64,000 nucleotides of DNA from Balanoglossus misakiensis (GCA_040954595.2 CM082588.2:6646202-6710201), one strand, 5' to 3'; counted from the first letter of the stretch, positions 1-16,400 are shown. Notes: a model not told the origin generated them from the letters alone. A program made the numbers and translations.

Positions 1-722
1 ATAATCACCTGCATAGACATATATAGCAGTTTAACACATAATATACCACTGTCTGCTGGTGCTCCCAGTTGAGTGTGCATCCAACTCACATACCAGCTTT
101 GATACACACATATCCACTCTATAAGACTGTACAGGTCTCATTAAATAATTAACTTCTTTGCATAAATTATGCTCATTTTAATTATTACCTGTATAGACAT
201 ATATAGCAGTTTAACACATAATATACCACTGTCTGCTGGTGCTCCCAGTTGAGTGTGCATCCAACTCACATACCAGGGTTGATACACACATATCCACTCT
301 ATAAGACTGTACAGGTCTCATCAAATAATTAACTTCTTTGCATAAATTATGCTCATTTTAATTATTACCTGTATAGACATATATAGCAGTTTAACACATA
401 ATATACCACTGTCTGCTGGTGCTCCCAGTTGAGTGTGCATCCAACTCACATACCAGGGTTGATACACACATATCCACTCTATAAGACTGTACAGGTCTCA
501 TCAAATAATTAACTTCTTTGCATAAATTATGCTCATTTTAATAATCACCTGCATAGACATATATAGCAGTTTAACACATAATATACCACTGTCTGCTGGT
601 GCTCCCAGTTGAGTGTGCATCCAACTCACATACCAGGGTTGATACACACATATCCACTCTATAAGACTGTACAGGTCTCATCAAATAATTAACTTCTTTG
701 CATAAATTATGTACATTTTAAT
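1..722. repeat. 180-bp tandem satellite, left array (4 units visible, runs off the window start)
   Basis: Near-identical units start at 1, 181, 361 and 541. The unit is the reverse complement of the unit in 4575-6656. Confidence 0.97.
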
Positions 723-733
723 AAATCACATCC

Positions 734-2305
734 ATGCCAGACAACCACCCTGAGTACATAGTTATTTATGAAAGAGAAGAAAAGGTAAAAACTTGTACAT
801 CAGGGTTTGAGAATAAAAACATTTTAGAGGCACTGGCAAATTGTTCAGCTATAAAAAAATGCTCAGAAAATGAAAATGATTGTGAGGACATCAGTGTGAG
901 AAAAATTGTGAACATGGATGTAGGTATAATCAAAGCTGCTTGTAACAACTTGGTAGTACATCCAGAAGCCACATCACTGTTGGAGATATTCAAATGCCTT
1001 ATAAATCTCTTGAAGTCAACATCTAAAACAAGGCTTTCTGTCAAATTTATGCAATATTATGATTGCACAAGGTGCAGGAAAACAAGCACCACTAATATCA
1101 GGGAAATGATGATTCTGCCCGTTAAAAATCTCACCAAAGAAGGAATTACTAACATGCTGCGAGAAACCAAACTTAAGACTGCCAATAAACCATGCAGTTC
1201 TATTCCTTGTAAGAACATCTCTACAAGCAACAGCATAAAACAAGTGCGAAACCCCAGTATTTTTCAAATTGGAGACTCCCTTTTATTGCACACTGTAAAT
1301 CTCTCTCCTGGTCTGCAGATATCATCCCTATTGGATCTTAGTTCAATAGTTGATGAATTCCCCCTATGTGAAACTGACAAAGTCTTGTTTTCACTCAAGG
1401 CGCTAGTAGCAAAAACATCAAACACTTTGAATACAGTGATATGCTACATAAAGTCACAAGGCAAATGGTATAAAAAATCAGACGATGGCAATGATACTGT
1501 AACAACTTTACATAAAATATCATCAGAATCTTGTCACATCGTAGAATGCATTGCGATATACAATAGAATAAGTAAGAAGAAAATTATTCCCACCAAGATA
1601 ACTGCAAACATCGTAAAAAGTTCAGAAGAAGAAATGAACATACATAGTCCAAACAAAATAGTGACAACATTAAACACAAAAAGAACAGAAAGTATGCTGG
1701 ACGACATAAAAACTATGGGGGATATTTTAATCAATGGTTTAGTAATTGAACATCATAAAATCATTGGCTTGGTGAACAATTCTTGGTTGGATGACAGTTT
1801 AGTAACATCTTATCTGAGGCTTGTAGTAGAAGCAAGCAACAAACAGAACTCCATCTGGGTCCAGGATGCTTGCTGGGCAAGGGCAAAATTATCCCCTGGA
1901 ACTGTCGGTTTACCAACACCATACAAAAATGTAAATTGGTTGGATTATGATGTCATCTTTGTACCTTCAAATTTACAGGGAATACACTGGATTCTATTTG
2001 TCATAAAAATGCATGAAAGGCAAATCCTTGCAATAGATCCACAAGGTCCCCTTAATACAAGTGCCATTAAATTATTGGAAAAACTGGTTAACTTCATTCA
2101 ATTGACGCAGTTTCTAAAAAACGGTAAAAAGGTAGATTTCAAAGAATGGAAAATAATGATTCTGTCAGAAAATAAAACTTTTGCTCATCAAGAAGACACT
2201 TCAAGCTGTGGATTGTTAGTTTGTGTATACGCGAAATGTCTAATAGTAAATTCCCCATTACAACTAGATACTTCAAATGATACATCAAAAATCTTAGAAA
2301 AGTAA
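734..2305 (+). CDS. Degenerate USP (C19)-like domain fused to a Ulp1/SENP (C48) cysteine protease; probably 5'-truncated and frameshifted near its end
   Basis: C48 motifs WLDDSLVTSYL, IFVPSNLQGIHWILFVI, IDP and QEDTSSCGLLVC, with His/Asp/Gln/Cys all present. The N-half follows USP order (GFENKN-ILEALANC, CTRC...CSSIPC zinc ribbon, FSLKALV...VICYIKSQGKWYKKSDD, IAIYNR) but lacks the catalytic Cys and His. Intronless. Confidence 0.8.
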   Translation: MPDNHPEYIVIYEREEKVKTCTSGFENKNILEALANCSAIKKCSENENDCEDISVRKIVNMDVGIIKAACNNLVVHPEATSLLEIFKCLINLLKSTSKTRLSVKFMQYYDCTRCRKTSTTNIREMMILPVKNLTKEGITNMLRETKLKTANKPCSSIPCKNISTSNSIKQVRNPSIFQIGDSLLLHTVNLSPGLQISSLLDLSSIVDEFPLCETDKVLFSLKALVAKTSNTLNTVICYIKSQGKWYKKSDDGNDTVTTLHKISSESCHIVECIAIYNRISKKKIIPTKITANIVKSSEEEMNIHSPNKIVTTLNTKRTESMLDDIKTMGDILINGLVIEHHKIIGLVNNSWLDDSLVTSYLRLVVEASNKQNSIWVQDACWARAKLSPGTVGLPTPYKNVNWLDYDVIFVPSNLQGIHWILFVIKMHERQILAIDPQGPLNTSAIKLLEKLVNFIQLTQFLKNGKKVDFKEWKIMILSENKTFAHQEDTSSCGLLVCVYAKCLIVNSPLQLDTSNDTSKILEK

Positions 2306-2937
2306 TGGCATATGAGCTTATGTCAAAACAAATTCTATTGCTTACCGAGGGAGTCATTAAAACAACAACAACAATACAGAATGTCCAAGTAGATAGAACT
2401 TTTAGTCAGATAGATGGACAAAAACAGACATCAGCAGAACATCCATTAGAAAGTAACAGATTGAAACGTAAAATACAAAAAGTTGATGTAAGCAAACTTA
2501 AAATCCAACGACTGTACAAAAGATCTGTAGAATTTGTGGAAAGTAAAGTTCTTTGGAAGTACCGTGAAGTTGATCGCAGAGTAACAAAAAACACAGCCAA
2601 GAGAACAGATTATCTAGACGCCATAATAAAACCAAAAGTCATCCGAGATAATTACCAAATTACCGATCCTCTACAATTAGCAGTAAAACTAGACACAGGT
2701 CATGCATACCTTTATGATGGCAACCACAGACTACGCATAGCAAAAGAACTTAACATAAAATGGGTACCAGTTGAAATCGTTAAAATGTTTTTGAATGGCT
2801 TGACTAACATAAATGGGGAGGAATGGCCAAGAGTCCCATGCTGGAAAGGGACTCCACTTCATATAAAGGAATTGCCAATCACTGCAACAGATTTGGGGTT
2901 CAATACCAAGAACTGTGAATCCTCATCTAGCGAGTAA
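2305..2937 (+). CDS. ParB/Sulfiredoxin-fold domain ORF; likely the C-terminal part of the 734-2305 protein
   Basis: PLQLAV...AYLYDGNHRLRIAKELNIKWVPVEI matches the ParB/Srx core (DGxHR). The frame is open from 2281 and reads NLRKVMAYELM, which resembles the last Ulp1 helix. Confidence 0.7.
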   Translation: MAYELMSKQILLLTEGVIKTTTTIQNVQVDRTFSQIDGQKQTSAEHPLESNRLKRKIQKVDVSKLKIQRLYKRSVEFVESKVLWKYREVDRRVTKNTAKRTDYLDAIIKPKVIRDNYQITDPLQLAVKLDTGHAYLYDGNHRLRIAKELNIKWVPVEIVKMFLNGLTNINGEEWPRVPCWKGTPLHIKELPITATDLGFNTKNCESSSSE

Positions 2938-3130
2938 GAAAATTAAGCTTGATTTTGCCCACACAAAAACTTTTCAACACAAACTGTTTTGTGAAATTTT
3001 GACCTGAAATTAATTAATCATCCACAGGAACCTGCAAACCAAATTTCATGCAAAAATATTTGATCTAAATACCCGATATGAACTAATGGTAATGTGATAA
3101 TATAAAACATGCAAATCAGTAATAAATTAT

Positions 3131-3193
3131 CATTAAATTAAATTAAATTAAATTAAATTAAATTAAATTAAATTAAATTAAATTAAATTAAAA
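3131..3193. repeat. (ATTAA)n microsatellite
   Basis: Run of about 12 pentamers. Confidence 0.95.
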
Positions 3194-3365
3194 TGAAGTC
3201 TTTCAATTTAAATAGTTCAAGTGCAATATAAACTGCTAAATGTCCGCTAGTGAAGTCTAGTCAGGTCTCTGTGAGACCAATAAATGCAGTGCAAACATTT
3301 CCGTAAATATACTAATTTCAGAAATATACCATTTATTTATTAGAAAACTTTATCAAATTTATTTA

Positions 3366-3627
3366 AGCAATAAAACACCCCCAGCCATGGTATACCACGA
3401 GATTTTGACCAGTTCACGACATATACGCACGAGCGATAGCGAGGGTGTTTTATTGCTATTATATTATGCCAGTATATTGAAACTTTGCATAAAACATTTT
3501 AAAAAGGCATTTTCTTTGACTATGATATATGACTGTGGTATATGACTAATATATCACAGTCACGTGTCGTGTCTCGACCAATAAAATAGCGTGATTTACA
3601 CCATCAATATACTGGTATAATATAATA
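3366..3627. mobile_element. Short non-autonomous repeat with two inverted-repeat pairs (class uncertain)
   Basis: AGCAATAAAACACCC at 3366-3380 pairs with GGGTGTTTTATTGCT at 3443-3457. A second imperfect pair is 3457-3480 with 3604-3627. Confidence 0.5.
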
Positions 3628-3732
3628 ACTGATAACTACCAGTTTTGCAAAGTGTATGTAAATGCAGTTTGAAACATTACCACCATATAACTGTGTGAGA
3701 TTGCTCTCCATAATACATACATGTATGCATAT

Positions 3733-3969
3733 TAGTCTGGTGTCCAGACTCCTGTGTGTTTTAGATAGGGTCTGGAGTCGCGGTCAACTATCGTGGATTC
3801 TAAATCAGTACTGTGTCATGTACATGTAAGGTGATTGACTTGAACGATGTCAGTCAAGATCAGGTGCTGACCTTGTTGCCGAGGCATTGCATTTGGAGTT
3901 CTATTGACATGCAAAAATTTAGAATCCACGATAGTTGACTGTGACTCCAAGACCCTAGATACCAGACTA
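3733..3969. mobile_element. MITE with TAG...CTA termini (Academ-like)
   Basis: TAGTCTGG...CCAGACTA ends with ATAT on both flanks. Internal ~38-bp inverted repeat at ~3767-3804 and ~3918-3956. Confidence 0.7.
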
Positions 3970-4574
3970 ATATGCATAGTACACACACTACAATACACCA
4001 ACATTACCCTACCTTAGGCATGTACCTTGACGTGGTGGTAGGGCAACTGATTTATAGACAAAACAGTGTGAATGAATCAGACCAAAACATGCCAGTATAA
4101 GTGGTAACTTGTTCTATTTCCATACAGGATTGCTTTATTAATGGATATGCACATGAAACTTGATATTTTTATACAGAGTACCTGTGAGCTGTATCGATGT
4201 GACATGGATGCACACCAAGTTGAAGTTTACAACACACACTGTACTCACACATAATTTTCTTGACATGTATGTTGTTGTACTAAGAATAATTATTTGAACC
4301 AATGAATAAAGAATTCAAGCCAATTAAGAGGTACATGTAAGGGATAGCCTGGTCACAACATCCCTGAATCATATGTGATTACACTAAAACCGAACCATTT
4401 TGATAAGCATAACAGACTAATTCTGCGAAAGCAATTTACCATACAAGAAAGGACCCATATTTTGCACAAAATGAAGCAAAAAAAATATGAGGGCAAAACC
4501 TTGGAAATTAGGCTGTTTAAGGTGCTCAACTCAACTAGTAGAAGCACCAGCCCCCGAGGCTTAATGGATCAGCC

Positions 4575-6656
4575 CTGGGAGCACCAGCAGACAGCTGCAT
4601 ATTATATGGTAAACTGCTATATTTGTCTATGCAGGTGATTATTAAAATGAGCATAATTTATGCAAAGAAGTTAATTATTTAAAGAGACCTGTACAGTCTT
4701 ATAGAGTGGATATGTGTGTATCAACCCTGGTATGTGAGTTGGATGCACACTCAACTGGGAGCACCAGCAGACAGTGGTATATTATGTGTTAAACTGCTAT
4801 ATATGTCTATGCAGGTGATTATTAAAATGAGCATAATTTATGCAAAGAAGTTAATTATTTGATGAGACTTGTACAGTCTTATAGAGTGGATATGTGTGTA
4901 TCAACCCTGGTATGTGAGTTGGATGCACACTCAACTAGAAGCACCAGCAGACAGTGGTATATGTTGTGGTAAACTGCTATATATGTCTATACAGGTGATT
5001 ATTAAAATGTACATAATTTATGCAAAGAAGTTAATTATTTGATGAGACCTGTACAGTCTTATAGAGTGGATATGTGTGTATCAACCCTGGTATGTGAGTT
5101 GGATGCACACTCAACTGGGAGCACCAGCAGACAGTGGTATATGTTGTGGTAAACTGCTATATATGTCTATACAGGTGATTATTAAAATGTACATAATTTA
5201 TGCAAAGAAGTTAATTATTTGATGAGACCTGTACAGTCTTATAGAGTGGATATGTGTGTATCAACCCTGGTATGTGAGTTGGATGCACACTCAACTGGGA
5301 GCACCAGCAGACAGTGGTATATTATGTGTTAAACTGCTATATATGTCTATGCAGGTGATTATTAAAATGAGCATAATTTATGCAAAGAAGTTAATTATTT
5401 GATGAGACCTGTACAGTCTTATAGAGTGGATATGTGTGTATCAACCCTGGTATGTGAGTTGGATGCACACTCAACTGGGAGCACCAGCAGACAGTGGTAT
5501 ATTATGTGTTAAACTGCTATATATGTCTATGCAGGTGATTATTAAAATGAGCATAATTTATGCAAAGAAGTTAATTATTTGATGAGACTTGTACAGTCTT
5601 ATAGAGTGGATATGTGTGTATCAACCCTGGTATGTGAGTTGGATGCACACTCAACTAGAAGCACCAGCAGACAGTGGTATATGTTGTGGTAAACTGCTAT
5701 ATATGTCTATACAGGTGATTATTAAAATGTACATAATTTATGCAAAGAAGTTAATTATTTGATGAGACCTGTACAGTCTTATAGAGTGGATATGTGTGTA
5801 TCAACCCTGGTATGTGAGTTTGATGCACACTCAACTGGGAGCACCAGCAGACAGTGGTATATGTTGTGGTAAACTGCTATATATGTCTATACAGGTGATT
5901 ATTAAAATGTACATAATTTATGCAAAGAAGTTAATTATTTGATGAGACCTGTACAGTCTTATAGAGTGGATATGTGTGTATCAACCCTGGTATGTGAGTT
6001 GGATGCACACTCAACTGGGAGCACCAGCAGACAGTGGTATATTATGTGTTAAACTGCTATATATGTCTATGCAGGTGATTATTAAAATGAGCATAATTTA
6101 TGCAAAGAAGTTAATTATTTGATGAGACCTGTACAGTCTTATAGAGTGAATATGTGTGTATCAACCCTGGTATGTGAGTTGGATGCACACTCAACTGGGA
6201 GCACCAGCAGACAGTGGTATATGTTGTGGTAAACTGCTATATATGTCTATGCAGGTGATTATTAAAATGAGCATAATTTATGCAAAGAAGTTAATTATTT
6301 GATGAGACCTGTACAGTCTTATAGAGTGGATATGTGTGTATCAACCCTGGTATGTGAGTTGGATGCACACTCAACTGGGAGCACCAGCAGACAGTGGTAT
6401 ATTATGTGTTAAACTGCTATATATGTCTATGCAGGTGATTATTAAAATGAGCATAATTTATGCAAAGAAGTTAATTATTTGATGAGACCTGTACAGTCTT
6501 ATAGAGTGGATATGTGTGTATCAACCCTGGTATGTGAGTTGGATGCACACTCAACTAGAAGCACCAGCAGACAGTGGTATATTATGTGTTAAACTGCTAT
6601 ATATGTCTATGCAGGTGATTATTAAAATGAGCATAATTTATGCAAAGAAGTTAATT
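4575..6656. repeat. 180-bp tandem satellite, right array (~11.5 units), inverted relative to 1-722
   Basis: Exact 180-nt periodicity. The variant pattern starting at 4861 recurs at 5581 (720-bp higher-order repeat). A degenerate copy follows to ~6770. Confidence 0.97.
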
Positions 6657-7048
6657 TTGGAATGGTATATGTATATTGTGATAGCATGTATATATGTGCA
6701 TTAGACATGGTATGTGAAATTGATGCACACTCATTTTGAAATGGTAGAAGACATTTGGAAATTAGGCTGTAGTTATTACCTTCATGCTGGTACATGTATA
6801 TCGATGAAGTTAAAAGCGCCCTCACACTTTACACAGTGTTTATCAAGGAAGTCATGTTTTGCTGTCGGAAATGATGTACCGTCGCGGTTATTTATCATAT
6901 TCAGGAAAATACCGGATATTTTAACCGTCAACAGTCTAATAGGGGTAATGTGTCTGTCCTGTGTTCGAAATTGAAGTTTAAAAGTGTATTTCGAGTTTTG
7001 TCTGCTGCGATCCCCGCCAGAGTTTTGTCTGCTGGGTTTTGTCTGCCC

Positions 7049-7359
7049 ACTTCAGCCGAGTTCTTAGGCTCGTGATAGTCCAACACTTCCTGCGGGAGAT
7101 TTCTGACGGATGTATCGGTGCGGACCGTCATGATGTAGTTCCACATGACGTTCGTGAAGACGTAGACAAGGGCGGCATAGTGGCGGCTTAACGTTTTCCC
7201 CGAATGTTTGTATATTTCTGGGAATGTGACGAACAGTGCCACGCCGGTTGCTGTGAAAGTCATCGTCAGGAAATACAGCGGAGCTAGTGAGTTAAAAACT
7301 GCCATCAGTTTCAGACGCTTTGTGGCGTCGGGGCGGCGAAATACCTCCAGGAGGCCCAT
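7049..7359 (-). CDS. N-terminal part of a ZDHHC22-like palmitoyltransferase (first two TM helices); DHHC domain not in the window
   Basis: FNSLAPLYFL and FTNVMWNYIM resemble remembered vertebrate ZDHHC22 LNVVAPAYFL and SANALGNYVL. After ...KNSAEV the frame runs into repeated transposon-terminus motifs. Confidence 0.65.
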
Positions 7360-9107
7360 GGCTATATTACTCGCTGCCTTTTATTACTGCCGATCAACCA
7401 GAAGCGATAATGTGATCCCAGGACACAGTGAGTACCCGGTAAGTGGACAGTAGCTAGCGGTTTCGTCTCATTTACTTGTCTGGACCGCCATTGATTTAGT
7501 TGTTTGTTATGTCATAGCTCCAACGCAAATTTCACTGACCTATGACCCCATCACTGGTTATACACAGTACATACAGCCATGATACAGGGGATGGCATGAC
7601 AGAACGGTAACCATGGCCATGCTCGAGTCTCGTGGTCGTCCGATGGTTTCTAGGGACCGTGATCTCTCACAATTTTTCATTTAACCATCAGTCGTACAGT
7701 CATTCCGTTTTTTTTCCTCACCGGAAGTAGGCCTAATTTTCCGTACCGAACTGCAACGTTGCCAAGGGGAGATTATGAATTTATTGTTAAACTACTCACA
7801 TAACTGTCATTATAGGCCCTAATACCCTGTGCTTCATTACAATCCCGAAATCAAAGCTATAAATTTAATGTCACCAATAAAGGTATTCGTGATATTAAAA
7901 TAGTCTGCTTTGGTCTAGGCTTTACCATTCAGAATAGTGAGTATTGTTGAATCTGGGCCCAGATGCAGCATGGACATACGAATGTCTATCATCTTGTACA
8001 AATGATGTACGATGTTTCCAAGTTTACATGGAAACGAATTGATGCGCAGTTCGACATCGCCTGTGTATCGGAGCCTGCTACACAGTTAAATTCGAATTTT
8101 GTCTTAAATTTATGCTAAATATTTGCTGGATTTATCACGTTTATACTCGGTGGCTGCTAGCTCTAACCAAACATAAACCAACATCTGTTTAACGTGTGGA
8201 ACAGCTGTTATTGTTAACGTGCTTGTCTGTGTTTTGTTGTACTTAGGAATGCACACACCTTCATCACGTGGTTTCATCATATGCAAGCAAAATCACACAC
8301 GCCAAACACTGTTCAATTATCGAGAACGTGGAATTAAAAATGCCAGTAAATTTTTTTTTAAATCTGTGTTTTATACTTAAATTTTGAAATTGATCGATGT
8401 GGACTAGTTGTTACAATCTACTTTAAATTATGATGTCTATAATTAACTATCGGATAGCAATGGATGGGTGGGGATTATTTTTACGAGTCTTATCATTTGA
8501 ATGTCTATAATCTTTTTGTGAAACGTTCCATTGTGAACTAAATTTATTTTGGTCAACGTTGTGCGGATGCGATACTCTGGCTATATTTGAGATATATTGA
8601 TAATAAAATAGTTTGTCTAGTAATGAATTCGCAATATATTCAACATTTTCAGTGCATCGTAATGCATAAACGTATATTAAGCTTGTTTATTTAGTACCGG
8701 TGTTTGATGTACCAGCTGTGATTGGGAACACGAGAGTAGTCTGGTCTCTCTACTATTTCTCAGTACACAAGTTAGTTTTTTTTTAATTAAAACATGTTGA
8801 TCGCGAAGAATGTATGGCAACGCGTGATCCTGTAGGCCTACTCATTGAAAATGATCGTCCTTTCTAAAAGATGGGGTGTGTGGAATTTGGGAAGTTTTTG
8901 TTCAAAATACACGCGAAGAAAAAAAACCGTAGCACCTTATATTCCCTCCCTCCCCGCATCTCTCAAAATGGTTTGGCCACAACAGCTATTAAAATGCGCG
9001 TTTAGACCATATAGACCAAACTGGGTTATACTCAGTTTGTCTTTCGTATTAACAGCGGGTCCAGTTTGAATCTCTGGTGCGTGTGTATTTTGGGTTCGTT
9101 TTCGAAG

Positions 9108-10856
<1,749 letters not shown>

Positions 10857-10984
10857 GTTCCAAACCTACGAAAATCTACGTTAGTCACACTCCTTAAAAA
10901 GTGATGTCATGTTTTTTGGGGAAAGTGGAATTTTAGCATTGTGAGCATTAGGACGATGCGGGCAAGTTCACACTTAGGCAGGGG

Positions 10985-11130
10985 TTGCCCTGTATGTCTA
11001 TGGCTGGTCCTTTCTAAATAAAGTCATCGGTGTAAAAATCTGTACACGCGTGTTCCCGTCTCTTCATATCAACCGACGCCCCGACCAGACCCCCGAAAGT
11101 TTCCCTACACAATTGAGAGACATGACATGG
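10985..11130 (+). repeat. Dispersed repeat fragment (SINE-like?), second copy at ~49455-49610
   Basis: Both sites share AAATAAAG.CATCGG...CGTGTTCCCGTCTCTTCA...TCAACCGAC.CCCCGACCAGAC. Confidence 0.6.
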
Positions 11131-11913
11131 GTGATGTCAAACTCCTTTTGGCGTAACTTCTGACCATATTTCAGTGGTTTGTCAACTGCAATTTCTTGTT
11201 TGAACTTGCCTGGTGTTCAAGATCAAACACTGAATTAAAGTTTGGTTGTGACAAATATATACATGTATACTGGCTTTTGCGGGCAGACCATTGTACATGC
11301 ATGTAAATGCTTTGAAGTACATGTATGTGCAAAATACATAGAAATAAAATAGAGCCAGTGTGAGAGATATTCTATGCCTTCTACTAATTTTAAAATATAC
11401 TTCTGAAGATATTCAATCTTCTATCTTTAATCTTGTTTTAATAAAACCATATTGTCATTACGCGTACAATTTCCTGTCATATTAAAACAGTTACATCATG
11501 GATTGATAAATGAATACTCTCATGTACAAAAGATCATAATTACAGCTGAGCTTCTCGAGTCTGTAGAATACATATGCAAAATTAATTAATATCTCAATCA
11601 GTAAATTTAAAATATGTACATATTTACATATATTTACATATCTCCGGTGTACATAAAATATCTCAATCTTTTCCGTATCCTAAGTTGACAGTTAACAATT
11701 TTGAATTCTTGGGGAATGTAATACCCATGTGCACATATCCGATATTTGTGTACTCTTTCGATGGCCGACTGAATAAATGGGTGAGGCACCCGTTTATCAC
11801 TTAACCATACCCAGTCGCAATATACGTCATCCCGGCGAAACAGATCACAATACATTTCTAGATGTAATAACAATGTTGAAATGCACCAGCCTAAAAACGT
11901 GATGAAGAAAAAT

Positions 11914-14582
<2,669 letters not shown>

Positions 14583-15974
14583 GTTGACGGTGTGACGCGT
14601 GAGTGAGCAGGATACAGTTATACCGTCGCTTGCAGCAATATATATCCGCTTTCTTAGGAGTTTACAGCCCACGATGAGTAAGCGTACATACGCTTATGAC
14701 CGACGCGACGAATTTAACACACACGCGACTGGTAGAGACTTTAAGTTGAATTCATCCATTGGCGTGCCACCTACTAGTTTTGTGCGCCGAATTTCGAAAT
14801 TTCGCAACCTTCGACGTCGTCTTGAGACTGGAGAATCACACACTATTAACGCTTATTTTCTCAAGTCATTTCTTAGCTCGCCAAACTGCCGAACAAAAGC
14901 AGCAAGCGACAGGTCAGGGCGTTTCTTTACAACGTCGCTTGTATAATGTATATCCACTGCGCCCCACTTGTATTTAATGAGTCGTCATAGCAACTCACTG
15001 TGTATCACCTTTTATTGAACACACTCGTACTTTTTTCAAGGTTGATGACTTCATTCACTTTTAAAGAGCACCCTCTAGCGACAGGTCCGTATTAAATTAT
15101 GACAACCTTGTCAGAATGGGGAAACGTGAAAAGCAAATTACACGGTACAAATTACACGGTGCCACTTTTGTAAACTTGTCGGCTAATCTCATTTATCAGT
15201 AATAATTGCAAAGTTTATACCCCGCTATAATTAACACAAAACTCAAGGTGCATGAGGTTTAGTGGTCCGAGGAAGGCTGCGGTCCCAGTCATCGAATCGA
15301 TCGTCCGCTACTGGGAGCGCTACGTTTTACTAGTTTTAGCTCTCACAACTTGGGAGATTTGCGCGATGTCACCACCGTGCGGCGCATGTTATGCCCGCAC
15401 CCCCGGGGGCTCAACACTGGCATGAAGTGAAACACATGGATCTTTTTTGTGTTGTCTTATCACCACTAAATTTCTCATATTTTCCCGGCCACAGTAACAT
15501 TAATGTGCTTCATTGTAGCAGTTGCCGTCATTACCTTTTTTTATTTCTGATTGGTTTATTTGAATGATTACAAGTCTCTGATTGGCTGTTTCCTGCGCAT
15601 GAACACAGCTTGTCTGTTGGCTCCCAATTGGTATACATATTAATTTATGCAAATCGTTATCTGCAGTATTTCCTATCAGCCGTCTGTGAATGGCCAATCT
15701 GCCAAAACAAAATTTGTTTATCAATAGATTATGAATAATGAGGTGGTGGTTGCAGTCACGTTTTTCCACGATGTCCGTCGGTTTTCACGATGTCCACGTT
15801 TGCTCTTACTTTCCCAGTCAAAAAAACTAAATTTTACCTTCTCATTTTCCAAATTTAGATGAACCGTTTGCTGAAGCTGTCACAATTTGAGGTAAGTCAT
15901 GATTTGTTCCACTTTGTAAAGCCAGAAAAGTTGTCGAAAAAACATTTTTGTAAGTATGGCGTTGGCCCACGCAT

Positions 15975-16400
15975 GGAGAAATGCAATGTTCTTTGTGGTT
16001 CGTTTTGTGCCAATGGTCGCTCACGCTTTGTTCAAATTTACTCCACTGGAAAATATCAAGTTCAAAACATGCCTGTTTATTTATCTCTAAAAGCAACTTG
16101 TGGCTCGCAGTGTCTTCGTTAGCGTAGAAACTTGTGTACATTTTTGTTTCTGAACTCGAAATTAAAATCGTTCGCGTAGGAGAAAGTGTTCAATTTTCGT
16201 CCGTTTTGTGCCAATGGCGGCACACGCTTTGTTCAACTTTGCTTCACTGGAAAATATCAAGTTCAAAACTTGCCTGTTTATTTACTAGTATCTCGAAATT
16301 CATAAATTCAACTATGAAATTCACTGCCTCGCAGTGTTACCGTAGCGTACTACACGCATATTTCTGTCTCTGAACTCGAAATTAAAATTGTTCGTGTAGG
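15975..16400. repeat. Diverged two-copy tandem duplication (~205-220 bp)
   Basis: CGTTTTGTGCCAATGG...CACTGGAAAATATCAAGTTCAAAAC...TCTGAACTCGAAATTAAAAT occurs twice. Confidence 0.8.

Larger units (their letters stand above)
1..7048. mobile_element. Putative foldback (Mutator-like) DNA transposon with satellite arms; left end outside the window
   Basis: Inverted satellite arms surround a protease cargo. GTTTTGTCTGC occurs three times (6995, 7022, 7036), ending in CCC at 7048, where host-gene-like sequence begins. The terminus resembles the right end of the 50925-53973 element. Confidence 0.6.

Noticed and set aside
734-2937. Bacterial or plasmid contamination suggested by ParB and a TAATG overlap
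   Set aside because: USP/Ulp1 domains, host-type MITEs, satellites and contiguity with spliced genes indicate eukaryotic genomic DNA, and the overlap is better explained as a frameshift.
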